Counted from the stretch's first letter, positions 7,617 to 17,153 are shown. The stretch is 24,000 nucleotides of DNA from Mesorhizobium sp. 1B3 (GCF_050958605.1 NZ_JBJHDO010000009.1:266770-290769); one strand, 5' to 3'. The notes: generated by a model from the sequence alone, not told the origin. Numbers and translations: made by a program.

Positions 7617-9254
7617 GGACAGAGGATCCAGACAAGGGCGCATGCCAGACATCCTCGAACTCGGGCCGCTGTTGCGAACCACCGATCTAGACTAGTTCCC
7701 GTCCATAAACGGCAAGCTGCTGAAGTTATTTGAGGAATCGCGATTTCCGTGCGGGCGAGCCCGACGATTTCAGGTACACCTTGGCATTGAGCGACTGATT
7801 CCAAAGGGAAACCCGAAACCGCCGGAGCCGACAATGCGCCAAGAACGCACCGTCCAGGCCAGCATATTCGATCTTTTCGCCGGACACGAGATCGGCCGTG
7901 AGTTGAAGGCCATGTCCGACTGGCTGGACGAACACGGCGATCTCTTGAGCCTGGTGACGCGGGACCTGCGCCGTCACTAGATCAATGAAACCGGCCGCGA
8001 AGGCTTGCCGGCGGAGGCTGTCGTGCGCTGCGCGCTGCTCAAGCAATACCGCCAGCTCAGTTACCAGGAACTGGCGTTTCACCTGGAGGACTCCGCCTCA
8101 TTCCGGGCGTTTGCCCGGCTGCCATGGGGGTGGAGCCCGAAGAAGTCGGTGCTGCACAAGACGATCAGCGCGATCCGGGCGTCGACCTGGGAAGAGATCA
8201 ACGAGGTGTTGCTGGCGAGCGCCCGGCACGAGAAGCTGGAAAGCGGCACGGTCGTGCGTGTCGACAGCACCGTCACCGCTGCAACGATCCACGAGCCGAG
8301 CGACAGCAGCCTGTTGTGGGACGCCGTGCGGGTAATGATACGGCTGTTGCGGCAAGCGGATGTACTGGGAAGCATCATTCCATGGCACGATCACTGTCGC
8401 GCAGCCAAGAAGCGGGCGCGGGCGATCAAATATTGCCGCGGCCGTCTGAAACGGGTTCAGCTCTATCGCGAATTGCTCAGGATCACGCGCACGACGCTCG
8501 GCTATCTCCATGACGCGGCTGAGCGGCTGACACCGGTGAGGGACCTGGCCGTCGAACAGTGGTTGGCCCAGGTCCACTATTATCGGCCGCTGATCGAGCA
8601 GATCATCGCCCAGACCGAGCGGCGGGTCCTGGCCGGCGAGGCGGTGCCGGCCGCCGACAAGCTGGTGAGCCTGTTCGAGCCGCATGCCGACATCATCGTC
8701 AAGGGCAGCCGCGACGTCCATTATGGCCAGCTCAACCTGACCGCGGGCAGGAGCGGCATGGTTCTCGATCTGGTGATCGAAGCCCGCAACCCGGCTGACA
8801 GCGAGCGGTTCCTGCCGATGCTTCAGCGCCACATCGACCGGTATGGGGAGCCGCCACGTCAGGCGGCGGCCGACGGCGGCTATGCCAGCCGCGCCAATCT
8901 GAAACAGGCCAAGGCCTGGGGCGTCTCCGACATGGCCTTCCACAAGAAGTGTGGTCTCAGGATCGAGGACATGGTCAAGAGCCGCTGGGTGTATCGCAAG
9001 CTGCGCAACTTTCGCGCCGGCATCGAAGCCGGTGTCTCTTGCCTGAAACGCGCCTACGGCTTGTCCCGCTGCACCTGGCGCGGCCTCGACCACTTCAAGA
9101 CCTATGTCTGGTCCTCGGTGGTGGCCTACAATCTCGTCCTCTTCGCCCGCCTCAGGCCGACCTGACACCTGCCGACTTCGCAAAGGCCGCGGCCGGTGCG
9201 AGCCGGGCGTTCACCGCTGCGCAACTGGCGGCCGGCAGGGCGTTTGTAGGGCAG
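7617..9254 (+). mobile_element. Insertion sequence carrying the transposase above; ends not resolved (maximal possible span given)
   Basis: The transposase gene is present, but I could not find convincing terminal inverted repeats or target-site duplications by eye in 7617-7833 versus 9166-9254. Confidence 0.35.
7834..9165 (+). pseudogene. IS5-superfamily (IS5/ISNCY-like, DDE_Tnp_1 with InsH-type N-terminal domain) transposase, interrupted by an in-frame TAG at 7978-7980
   Basis: ATG 7834 opens MRQERTVQASIFDLFAGHEIGRELKAMSDWLDEHGDLLSLVTRDLRRH, followed by TAG. The same frame then continues INETGREGLPAEAVVRCALLKQYRQLSYQELAFHLEDSASFRAFARL..., which the ORF track restarts at TTG 8005. It aligns by eye with IS5 InsH blocks: ...MRLFARL; VRVDSTVTAATIHEPS (first D); AAADGGYAS (second D); RAGIEAGVSCLKRAYGLSRCTWRGL (E). 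Confidence 0.8.
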
Positions 9255-9289
9255 ACCAGAAAAAAGCCCCGGCGGATAAACGCCGGGGC
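9255..9289 (-). terminator. Rho-independent terminator of the minus-strand ABC transporter operon
   Basis: On the minus strand, stem gccccggcg / cgccggggc with loop tttatc is followed by TTTTTTCTGG (plus-strand A-run 9259-9265), 10 nt after the binding-protein stop codon. Confidence 0.85.
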
Positions 9290-9299
9290 AGCTTGGTCG

Positions 9300-10334
9300 C
9301 TACTTTTGGATCTCGGTCCAGATCCTGGTATAGAGCGCCATGACCTCCGGTGAGCAGGTCTTGCTAAACTGGCCAGCCGACACATACTGCTCCGGAATGA
9401 CGATTTCCGGCGCCGTCTTCATGTCTTCGGGCATATAGGCTTCCGACCCCTTGATGCCGTTGGCGTAGCGAGCGAAGGTCGAGATCATGGCCGCATTCTG
9501 CGGGTCCATGATGAAGTTCTGGAAGAGCTTGGCGTTCTCGACGTTCTTGGCGTCCTTGAGCACGGACACATTGTCCATCCAGATCGGATAACCTTCCTTG
9601 GGATAGCCGTAGACGATCTTGTCGTTCTGCAGGCGAGCCCGGAAGGAAGCTCCGTTCCAGTTGGTCCCGGCGGCAATGTCGCCTTTCCCGTAACGGTCCA
9701 CGTTGCCGTAGTCCATCGACAGCCATTTCGGCTTCGCTTCGACCAGCTTGTCCCGGACCTTCTTCAGAACCGTCTTGTCGTCGGTGCAGAACTCGCCGCC
9801 CTCATAGTGGATGGCCATGTGCATGACGTCGATCATTTCTGGCAGCACGTTGACCTTGCCGACGAGTTCGGGCGGCGGGTCCATGAAGATCGCCGAAGTG
9901 TTTGGATCGCCCGAATAGACCGACGTGTTCACGGTGATCCCCGTGGTGCCCCATTGCCAGGGGACGGTGTAGTGGCGACCGGGGTCGAAGGGCACGTCGA
10001 CCCAGCGCGGATCGACGTTCTTGAAATTTTCCATCTGGTCCGGGCGGGTCTCGAGAAGCAGGCCCTCGCTGATCCAGACGGGAATGACGCTCGCCGACGG
10101 GACCACGATATCGAAGCCGTGGCCGCCCTGGCGGATCTTGGCGAGCGCCGTGTCATTGGAATCGTAGTCGGTGACGGTGACCTTGACCTTGTAAGTGTCC
10201 TCGAACTTCTTGATCAGCTCCGGGCTGGTGTAGTTGCCCCAGTTGAAGATGTTGAGCTCGCCTTCGGCGCTTGCCAGGCCTGTCGAGCCGAGCAGCGCCA
10301 GCCCGACGGCGGTTGCGGTCAGTTTCCAGTTCAT
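9300..10334 (-). CDS. ABC transporter periplasmic substrate-binding protein, spermidine/putrescine (PotD/PotF) family
   Basis: 344 aa. Signal peptide [26 protein letters not shown]. The blocks [42 protein letters not shown] and DIVVPS are typical of PotD/PotF. RBS GGGAG lies upstream. Confidence 0.9.
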   Translation of the reverse strand: MNWKLTATAVGLALLGSTGLASAEGELNIFNWGNYTSPELIKKFEDTYKVKVTVTDYDSNDTALAKIRQGGHGFDIVVPSASVIPVWISEGLLLETRPDQMENFKNVDPRWVDVPFDPGRHYTVPWQWGTTGITVNTSVYSGDPNTSAIFMDPPPELVGKVNVLPEMIDVMHMAIHYEGGEFCTDDKTVLKKVRDKLVEAKPKWLSMDYGNVDRYGKGDIAAGTNWNGASFRARLQNDKIVYGYPKEGYPIWMDNVSVLKDAKNVENAKLFQNFIMDPQNAAMISTFARYANGIKGSEAYMPEDMKTAPEIVIPEQYVSAGQFSKTCSPEVMALYTRIWTEIQK

Positions 10335-10373
10335 CTCGCTACTCCCATTGTTGGGGCCCGGCCGCTAGCGGTC

Positions 10374-11174
10374 TCAGGCCCGTTTCCTGCTGACGAAGAA
10401 GAAGATCGTGACGATGCCGACCGACAGCAGCAGGAAGACCGTCGAGATGGCGTTGATCTCCGGCGTGACGATGCGCCGGAGCTGGCCAAGCATGTAGGTC
10501 GGCAGCGTATCCTGCCCGCCCGACTTGACGAATTCGGTGATGACCACGTCGTCGAGCGAGACGACGAAGGCAAGCATCAGCCCGGCCAGGATGCCCGGCC
10601 ACAACAGCGGCAGCGTGACATAACGAAAGGCCTGCCACCCAGTCGCATAGAGGTCGGCGGCAGCGGTCTCCAGCGACAGGTCCATGCTTTCCAGACGAGC
10701 CCGGATCGGCAGATAGGCGAAGGGGATGCAAAAGGCGGTGTGGGCGGCGATCAGATAGCCGAGCCCGGTATAGCCGGTCCAGATCTTGATACGCGAGAAG
10801 AAGATCAGCAGCGCCACCGCGGTGACGATCTCCGGCACCATCAGCGGCTGGTTGATGAAGGCGTATTTGAAGGTAAGCCCGGGATAGGGTCTTGTCCGGG
10901 TCGTCGCGAGCGCCGCCATGGTGGCGGCGATGGTCGCCAGCACCGCGGCGCTCACGGCGATCTGGAACGAGCGGATCGAGGCCTCGATGACCTGGCTGTT
11001 GTTCCACGCCGAGTGGAACCAGCGGAAGGAAAAGCCGGTCCAGATGGCGACCGAATCATTGTCGTTGAAAGCGTAGACCACCAGCGTGGCGATCGGCAGG
11101 TAGAGCAGGAAGAAGCACAGCATCGCCATGAAGGTGAAGCCGCCCTGGCGCTTGACGTCGAAACGATCAGCCAT
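10374..11174 (-). CDS. ABC transporter permease (PotC/PotI-like)
   Basis: Multi-pass hydrophobic protein in a pot-like operon. I chose ATG 11174 (MADRFDVKRQ...), which overlaps the upstream permease stop as ATGGCTGA, over the ORF-track start at 11207. Confidence 0.85.
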   Translation of the reverse strand: MADRFDVKRQGGFTFMAMLCFFLLYLPIATLVVYAFNDNDSVAIWTGFSFRWFHSAWNNSQVIEASIRSFQIAVSAAVLATIAATMAALATTRTRPYPGLTFKYAFINQPLMVPEIVTAVALLIFFSRIKIWTGYTGLGYLIAAHTAFCIPFAYLPIRARLESMDLSLETAAADLYATGWQAFRYVTLPLLWPGILAGLMLAFVVSLDDVVITEFVKSGGQDTLPTYMLGQLRRIVTPEINAISTVFLLLSVGIVTIFFFVSRKRA

Positions 11175-12126
11175 GGCGCACATCCTGGCGGCCGGCGTTG
11201 CGCACATAGACGATGAGCGCCACCATCACCACGGCCATCAGGGTGATCGACAGCGCCGCCCCGAGCGGCCAGTTGCGGCCCTGGCCGAACTGCAGCTCGA
11301 TCAGGTTGCCGATCATCAGATTGGTGCCGCCGCCCATCACCCGCGGCGTCACATAGGCGCCGAGCGAGGGGATGAACACCAGGATCGAGCCGGCGACGAT
11401 GCCCGGCTTGACCAGCGGCACGATGATCTTGCGCAGCACCTGAAGCCGGCTGGCGTAAAGGTCGTAGCCGGCCTCGACCAGGCGGAAGTCGACCTTCTCC
11501 ATCGAGGCGTAGAGCGGCAGCACCATCAGCGGCAGGTAGACATAGGTCATGCCGACCAGCACGGCGAAGTCGGTATACATGAACTGGATCGGTTGGTCGG
11601 TGAGGCCGACCGCCCGGAGCACCGAATTGACCAGGCCCTCGTTGCGCAGCACCTCCATCATCGCGAAGGTGCGGATCAGGAGGTTGGTCCAGAACGGGAT
11701 GGTGATCAGGAACAGCGATAAGTCGCGGCGATGCTCGGGCCGGGTTGCGATGAAATAGGCGGTCGGGAAGCCCAGCACCAGGCACAGGAGCGTGGTCATC
11801 AGCGACAGCGACACAGAGCGCCAGAAGATCGACAGATGAGCGCCGGCAAACGATAGCGTGTCGTCGAAGATGTCGCGCTCGAGGAACACGCCGACCCAGG
11901 CATCGGTGGAGAACTGCCACTTGACGTCGCCATAGTTGCCGGGCGCCAGGAACGAATAGACGAGCACGATGAAGAGCGGCCCGACGGCAGCGAAAAAGAC
12001 GATGGCGAGCGCCGGCGCGGCAAGCAGCCAGCGGCGGCGGATGTCGGCCCGCTCGAAGCGCCGGGCGGCGGCGTCGGCCGCCCTCGTCTCTTCCTCCACG
12101 GCTTCCGGCACCGTCGTCGTCGCCAT
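11167..12126 (-). CDS. ABC transporter permease (PotB/PotH-like)
   Basis: 319 aa, multi-pass membrane protein with the binding-protein-dependent transport (EAA-type) region ...EAGYDLYASRLQVLRKIIVPLVKPGI... It starts 7 nt after the ATPase stop. Confidence 0.85.
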   Translation of the reverse strand: MATTTVPEAVEEETRAADAAARRFERADIRRRWLLAAPALAIVFFAAVGPLFIVLVYSFLAPGNYGDVKWQFSTDAWVGVFLERDIFDDTLSFAGAHLSIFWRSVSLSLMTTLLCLVLGFPTAYFIATRPEHRRDLSLFLITIPFWTNLLIRTFAMMEVLRNEGLVNSVLRAVGLTDQPIQFMYTDFAVLVGMTYVYLPLMVLPLYASMEKVDFRLVEAGYDLYASRLQVLRKIIVPLVKPGIVAGSILVFIPSLGAYVTPRVMGGGTNLMIGNLIELQFGQGRNWPLGAALSITLMAVVMVALIVYVRNAGRQDVRHG

Positions 12127-12132
12127 GATCGC

Positions 12133-13239
12133 TCAGTCCCTCAGGATTTGGGCGGCATCCTCGGCGATCGCCACGCCGACCCGCTCGCCCTGATCGAAAC
12201 CGCAGGAACGGCTGCGGCTGTTCTGCTGGCGCACCGTGAACAGGCCTCCATCGTCGAGGCGGATATGGATGTGGGTGTCTGTGCCGAAATAGACGATGGT
12301 CTCGACCGCGCCGGCCAATTGGCCGCCGTCCTTGACCGCCCGGGCGTGCTCGGGCCTCACCACGATGGTGGCCTCGCCACGCGGGACGAAGCCCTCCGCC
12401 ACGGTGGCCGGAAGCATCGCGCCGGAAGCCAGCGACACCGTCGCCTTGCCATCGGCCACCGCGCCGACCGTGCCGGTCAGGAAGTTGGTCTCGCCGATGA
12501 AGTCGGCGACGAAGCGCTCGGCCGGCTTGTCGTAGATGTCCCAGGGCGAGCCGACCTGCAGGATCTTGCCCGCCGACATCACCGCGATGCGGTCCGACAT
12601 GGTCAGCGCCTCCTCCTGGTCGTGGGTGACGAAGATGAAGGTGATGCCGGTCTCGCCCTGCAGCCGCTTTAATTCGATCTGCATCTCCTTGCGCAGCTTA
12701 TAGTCGAGCGCCGACAACGGCTCATCGAGCAGCAGCACCTTGGGCTGCGGGGCGAGCGCCCGGGCCAGTGCCACCCGCTGCTGCTGGCCGCCCGAGATCT
12801 GGCTGGTGCGGCGGGTCCTGAGCGCCTCCATCTTGACCAGCTTGAGCATAGCCGCAACCCGCGCCTCGATCTCCGCCTTGGGCTTGCCCAGCATCTGAAG
12901 GCCGAAGCCGATGTTCTCGGCCACAGTCATGTGCGGGAACAGCGCGTAGTTCTGGAACACCGTGTTGACCGGCCGCTTGTATGGCGGCAGCGGCGCGATG
13001 TCCTGCCCGTAAAGCAGGATCCCGCCGGAACTCGGGAAGTCGAACCCCGCGATCAGCCGCAGCAAGGTCGTCTTGCCGCAGCCCGACGGTCCAAGCAGCG
13101 TGAAAAACTCGTTCTCCCGAATCGAAACGGAAACCTTGTCGAGCGCCGCGACCTGGGCGTCCCCGGCTCCGAAAATCTTGCTGACCCCGCGTACTTCGAT
13201 CGCATTCCGATCCGGTCTATCCGGCACGATGGTCCTCAC
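12133..13239 (-). CDS. ABC transporter ATP-binding protein (PotA/PotG-like)
   Basis: Walker [11 protein letters not shown]-loop, signature [15 protein letters not shown], Walker [13 protein letters not shown]-loop VTHDQ, plus a C-terminal TOBE-like regulatory domain. The start is a GTG at 13239, so the exact start is uncertain. Confidence 0.9.
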   Translation of the reverse strand: MRTIVPDRPDRNAIEVRGVSKIFGAGDAQVAALDKVSVSIRENEFFTLLGPSGCGKTTLLRLIAGFDFPSSGGILLYGQDIAPLPPYKRPVNTVFQNYALFPHMTVAENIGFGLQMLGKPKAEIEARVAAMLKLVKMEALRTRRTSQISGGQQQRVALARALAPQPKVLLLDEPLSALDYKLRKEMQIELKRLQGETGITFIFVTHDQEEALTMSDRIAVMSAGKILQVGSPWDIYDKPAERFVADFIGETNFLTGTVGAVADGKATVSLASGAMLPATVAEGFVPRGEATIVVRPEHARAVKDGGQLAGAVETIVYFGTDTHIHIRLDDGGLFTVRQQNSRSRSCGFDQGERVGVAIAEDAAQILRD

Positions 13240-13344
13240 AGCTGGTCCCGCTCTTGGCGGCGGGCCTTGTCCCCATCACGATGTGACCATATGCCCGAGA
13301 CCTTGGCAACAGACATATGAGCCACGACTGAACAAGCAGTCCTA

Positions 13345-15012
13345 TCAGGCTTGGTAGGTGACCTTGCCGCCGCACACCGTCGTGACGGGACGGACAGTGT
13401 GGAGCTGTTGCGGGTCCGTCTTCTCGAGATCTCCTGAAAGGATAACGAGATCGGCGAGATAGCCTGCCTTGAGCGTGCCCTTGCGGCGCTCCATAAAACC
13501 GGCATAGGCGCCTTCGACGGTGTAGCTGGCCAGCGCCTCGTGCAAGCTGAAGCTCTGATCGGGATCCGTCTCTGCCCAAGGCTTGCGCACCATCGCCGCC
13601 TGCATGCCCGCGATCGGATCGATGGGCGACACCGGCCAGTCGGAAGCGAAAACGATGCGAGCGCCGGCATTCTTCAGAGTGCGCCAGGCATAGGAAAGCG
13701 GCCAGCGCTTGCGGCCGATGCGAGAGACGGTCGGCTCGAGCGGCAGCCCCATCGATCCCGGCGGATGCGGAGGCTGCATGGAGGCCAGTACGCCGAGGTC
13801 GACAAGGCGCGGTATGTCGGTCTCGGTGATCACTTCGATATGTTCGATCCGGTGGCGGCTGTCGCGTTTGCCGTTCTTCTTTCGAGCCGCCTCGTAACCA
13901 TCGAGGACCGAGCGCACCGCGCCGTCGCCGATGGCGTGCACGGCGATCTGCAGTCCGCGCCTGTCGGCCTCGATGGCGAAGGCGTTGAAATGTTCCTCCG
14001 TGAAAAGCGGCTCGCCGACCCAGTCAGGGCGATCGGCATAAGGCTCGACCATCACGGCGGTCCAACTGTCGAGGACGCCGTCCATGAACACCTTCACCAT
14101 GCCGGAGGACAGCCATTCCGAGCGATAGCGCTCGGCCATCATGGAAGCCTTTTCCAGCATGTCGACGGTCATGAAGTTCTTGTAGTGAAACGGGATCTGT
14201 GCCCGGCAGAGCAATCCGCCCTCTGCCTCGATCTCCGACAGAAGCTCCAACTGATAGAGATTGCCGTCCATATTCTGGATCGAGGTGATGCCGTGTCTGG
14301 CGCACCATTCCAGGCCGCGCCGCATGATGGCGCGATCGGCGGCGCGCTCCGCGGCACTCGGCGCCGGATCGGGTTCGCCACCCGTCGAGAGGCCGAGCCG
14401 CACTCGGCTTTCGCCGGCGAGTTCGACTACCGGTCCGAAGGCCTCGCCTTCGCGCAACTCGCCTGAGGCCAGCCCGTCCTCTCCCACGACGATCTCATTG
14501 CCGGGGCCGAGCTCTCTGCCGTTGAGAAGGCCGGCCATCTCCAGCGCCTTGGTGTTGGCCCACATGGTGTGGTGGTCGGGCGCGGCCATCGCGAAGGGAC
14601 GGTCCGGCAGAATGGCGTCGAGATGATGGCGCGTGACGCGCTCCTCGGCCGATAGGATCGTATAATCCCCGCCCTGGGCCTGCAGCATTTTGGCTTCCGG
14701 ACGCGCCGCTGCATAGTCGCGAATGGCCTTGGAAAGCGCGTCGAAGCCGTGCACGCCGCCAAGCTGCAGGTGCTCGAGTTCGGCCGCTCCGCCGAAAAGA
14801 TGCATATGCGACTCGACGAAGCCGGGCACGACGGAGCCGCCGGCCGCATCGACGACGCGCGTGCCCCGTCCCTTGAATTCGGACACGCTGGCCCTCTCGC
14901 CGACCGCGACGATTTCGCTGCCCCTGATGGCAATCGCATCCGCTCGCGGCGTGTCGGGATCCATCGTCAGAATGCTGGCGTTCTCGACGATCAGATCGGC
15001 CGTTTGCGGCAT
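13345..15012 (-). CDS. Metal-dependent amidohydrolase, Amidohydro_3 / YtcJ-like family
   Basis: About 555 aa with an N-terminal pattern DLIVENASILTMD...AIAIRGSEIVAVG...VVDAAGGSVVPGFVESHMHL (HxH metal motif) and C-terminal ...ASDWPVSP..., ...KAGYLADLVILS... The RBS GGGAG sits 6 nt before ATG 15012; ATG 15015 is the alternative start. Confidence 0.8.
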   Translation of the reverse strand: MPQTADLIVENASILTMDPDTPRADAIAIRGSEIVAVGERASVSEFKGRGTRVVDAAGGSVVPGFVESHMHLFGGAAELEHLQLGGVHGFDALSKAIRDYAAARPEAKMLQAQGGDYTILSAEERVTRHHLDAILPDRPFAMAAPDHHTMWANTKALEMAGLLNGRELGPGNEIVVGEDGLASGELREGEAFGPVVELAGESRVRLGLSTGGEPDPAPSAAERAADRAIMRRGLEWCARHGITSIQNMDGNLYQLELLSEIEAEGGLLCRAQIPFHYKNFMTVDMLEKASMMAERYRSEWLSSGMVKVFMDGVLDSWTAVMVEPYADRPDWVGEPLFTEEHFNAFAIEADRRGLQIAVHAIGDGAVRSVLDGYEAARKKNGKRDSRHRIEHIEVITETDIPRLVDLGVLASMQPPHPPGSMGLPLEPTVSRIGRKRWPLSYAWRTLKNAGARIVFASDWPVSPIDPIAGMQAAMVRKPWAETDPDQSFSLHEALASYTVEGAYAGFMERRKGTLKAGYLADLVILSGDLEKTDPQQLHTVRPVTTVCGGKVTYQA

Positions 15013-15070
15013 CATATGCTCCCGTTTAAGTTCGAGGCTAGCCAGACTGCTGACGCATGGCAAGTCGAAG

Positions 15071-15083
15071 TTATACGGTATAA
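15071..15083. promoter_or_regulatory. Perfect 13-bp dyad TTATAC-G-GTATAA (T-N11-A format) in the divergent promoter region
   Basis: It is an AT-rich perfect palindrome in an otherwise GC-rich 166-bp region between the amidohydrolase (minus) and HDAC-like (plus) starts. The format matches the generic LysR-type T-N11-A box. No regulator gene is adjacent in the window. Confidence 0.3.
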
Positions 15084-15181
15084 CAGCCCGCCCGTTGCCC
15101 TCTTGGCCTCGCGCTCAGTCTCTGCCACAAACATCTGCATCAATGAGACAGGGTCGACGGGAAGAGCGGGCCAGCATCCAG

Positions 15182-16213
15182 ATGAAGACAGTTTTTTCTC
15201 CTTTGCATGCCGGCCATTCCGGCCAGGTGGAATTGGTGGCCGGCGCCATCGTGCCGGGCTTCGAGAAGCCGTCGCGGGCTGAAATCATCAAGGCCCGTGT
15301 CGAGGCGGTTAAGCTCGGTCCCATAATCGAGCCGCAATCGCACGATCTCGCCGCCGCAAAGCGTGTGCATGATGCCGCATACATCGATTTCCTGCCAACC
15401 GTGTGGCCTGAATGGGAAGCTGCCGGACACGGCGGCTCGGCCATGGCGTTCACCTGGCCGACGCGCGGGCTGCGCGGGGATGTCGAGCCGAAGGCGATCG
15501 AGGCCAGGATCGGCTATTATTCCTTCGACGCCGGCGCGACTTTTGTGAAAGGCACCTGGGATGCCATCAAGTCGTCCTTCGACGTGGCGCTGACGGCGGC
15601 CCGTCTCGTCAAGGAAGGGCAGAATGCGGCCTTCGCGCTCTGCCGCCCTCCGGGCCATCACGCCGGCGCTGCGTTCATGGGCGGCTACTGCTTCATCAAC
15701 AATGCCGCCGTCGCTGCCCAGTGGTTCCGCGACCAGGGCGCCGCGCGGGTCGCGATCCTCGACGTCGACTATCATCACGGCAATGGCACCCAGGAGATCT
15801 TCTATTCCCGGCCCGACGTCCAGGTGCTCAACCTTCACGGCGACCCGAGGACCGAATATCCCTTTTTCCTGGGCCATGCCGACGAGAAGGGGGCAGGCGC
15901 GGGGGAGGGTTTCAACCACAATTACCCTATGCCCTTCGGCACCGGCTTCGAGGCCTGGAGCCGCTCCCTTGACGACGCCTGCGGCAAGGTGGTGGCCTAT
16001 GCGCCCGACGTGCTGGTCGTTTCTCTGGGCGTCGACACGTTCGAAAAGGATCCGATCAGTCATTTCAAGCTGGTCAGCGAAGACTATCCGAAGATCGGCC
16101 GCCGCATCGCCAAGATCGGCCTGCCGACGCTGTTCGTGATGGAAGGCGGCTATGCCGTCGAGGAAATCGGCATCAACGCGGTCGGCGTGCTGACCGGTTT
16201 CGAGGGCGCCTGA
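15182..16213 (+). CDS. Acetylpolyamine amidohydrolase-like enzyme (histone deacetylase/arginase-fold family)
   Basis: 343 aa from ATG 15182 (MKTVFSPLHAGH...). It carries the HDAC-family catalytic blocks CRPPGHHA, DVDYHHGNGTQEIF and MEGGY. The ORF-track start at 14723 would add about 150 aa antisense to the amidohydrolase gene, so I rejected it. Confidence 0.8.
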   Translation: MKTVFSPLHAGHSGQVELVAGAIVPGFEKPSRAEIIKARVEAVKLGPIIEPQSHDLAAAKRVHDAAYIDFLPTVWPEWEAAGHGGSAMAFTWPTRGLRGDVEPKAIEARIGYYSFDAGATFVKGTWDAIKSSFDVALTAARLVKEGQNAAFALCRPPGHHAGAAFMGGYCFINNAAVAAQWFRDQGAARVAILDVDYHHGNGTQEIFYSRPDVQVLNLHGDPRTEYPFFLGHADEKGAGAGEGFNHNYPMPFGTGFEAWSRSLDDACGKVVAYAPDVLVVSLGVDTFEKDPISHFKLVSEDYPKIGRRIAKIGLPTLFVMEGGYAVEEIGINAVGVLTGFEGA

Positions 16214-16214
16214 C

Positions 16215-17111
16215 ATGTCCGGCGCGCAGGCGAACCAGGTCACGCTGGGCGTCGTCCAGTTCGCCTGCGGCGACGATGCTGCCAAAAATCTCGCCACCGC
16301 GAGCCGGCTCGTGCGCGACGCCGCGGCACGCGGCGCCAATATCATTCTCGTTCAGGAGCTCTTCGAAGGGCTCTACTTCTGCCAGGAACAGAACCATGCG
16401 CATTTCTCGCGTGCGCGACCGCTCGACGAAAGTCATCCTTCGCTCGCCGCCATGCGCAAGCTCGCGGGCGAACTCGGCGTCGTTATCCCGGTGTCGCTGT
16501 TCGAGAGGCGGAACCAGGCCTATTTCAATTCCGTGGCGATTGTGGACGATGTCGGCGCGGTTCTCGGGATCTATCGCAAGTCGCACATTCCCGATGGGTC
16601 GGGCTATTCCGAGAAGTTCTATTTCAATCCGGGCGACACGGGTTTTCGTGTATGGCCGACGCGGTTCGGAACGATAGGTGTGGGCATCTGCTGGGATCAA
16701 TGGTTTCCGGAAGCGGCGCGCGCGATGGCTCTCATGGGGGCGGAATTCCTGCTCTATCCCACTGCGATCGGGTCGGAGCCCGGCCGCCCGGATTTCGATA
16801 CGATGGAGCATTGGCGCATCACCATGCGCGGCCACGCCGGCGCGAACCTCATGCCGGTCGCGGCGGCGAACCGGATCGGGACGGAAATCATCGCCGGCAA
16901 GGAGCAGACCTACTACGGCTCCTCCTTCATTGCCGGCCCGAGCGGCGAACTGGCCGCTTCGGCCGGCCGCGAGGGCGAGGCGGTGCTGACGACGACGTTC
17001 GACCGCGCGAAGTTGCGGGCCGATCGCGCCGCCTGGGGCCTGTTTCGCGATCGCCGGCCCGAGCTGTACGGAGTGTTGGGCACTTTGGACGGGAGAGCGA
17101 ATAGAGACTAG
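16215..17111 (+). CDS. aguB: N-carbamoylputrescine amidase-like carbon-nitrogen hydrolase (nitrilase superfamily)
   Basis: 298 aa. The catalytic E-K-C triad contexts are LVQELFEG, YRKSHIPDG and VGICWDQWFPE. The overall pattern matches AguB-type enzymes. The start lies 1 nt after the preceding stop (TGAcATG). Confidence 0.8.
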   Translation: MSGAQANQVTLGVVQFACGDDAAKNLATASRLVRDAAARGANIILVQELFEGLYFCQEQNHAHFSRARPLDESHPSLAAMRKLAGELGVVIPVSLFERRNQAYFNSVAIVDDVGAVLGIYRKSHIPDGSGYSEKFYFNPGDTGFRVWPTRFGTIGVGICWDQWFPEAARAMALMGAEFLLYPTAIGSEPGRPDFDTMEHWRITMRGHAGANLMPVAAANRIGTEIIAGKEQTYYGSSFIAGPSGELAASAGREGEAVLTTTFDRAKLRADRAAWGLFRDRRPELYGVLGTLDGRANRD

Positions 17112-17153
17112 CAATAATCAGCGGCCCTTTGGGCAAGCCCCTCATCGGCCTGC

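Noticed and set aside
7379-7834. 151-aa minus-strand ORF overlapping the 3' end of the deaminase-like gene, considered as a possible immunity or antitoxin gene.
   Set aside because: It is antisense to 238 nt of the deaminase ORF, has no RBS, and has a shadow-ORF-like composition with no recognisable domain. Its position (convergent overlap) is not the usual toxin-immunity layout.
7617-9254. Search for terminal inverted repeats and target-site duplications of the IS. Candidates were tttgaggaatcgcgatt near 7727 versus tttgcgaagtcggcagg (complement of about 9170-9186), and the shared heptamer TGCCGAC at 6405-6411 and 9170-9176.
   Set aside because: Only about 11 of 17 positions match for the candidate inverted repeat. 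A 7-mer match is expected by chance in 24 kb of GC-rich DNA. The boundaries need comparison with other IS copies.
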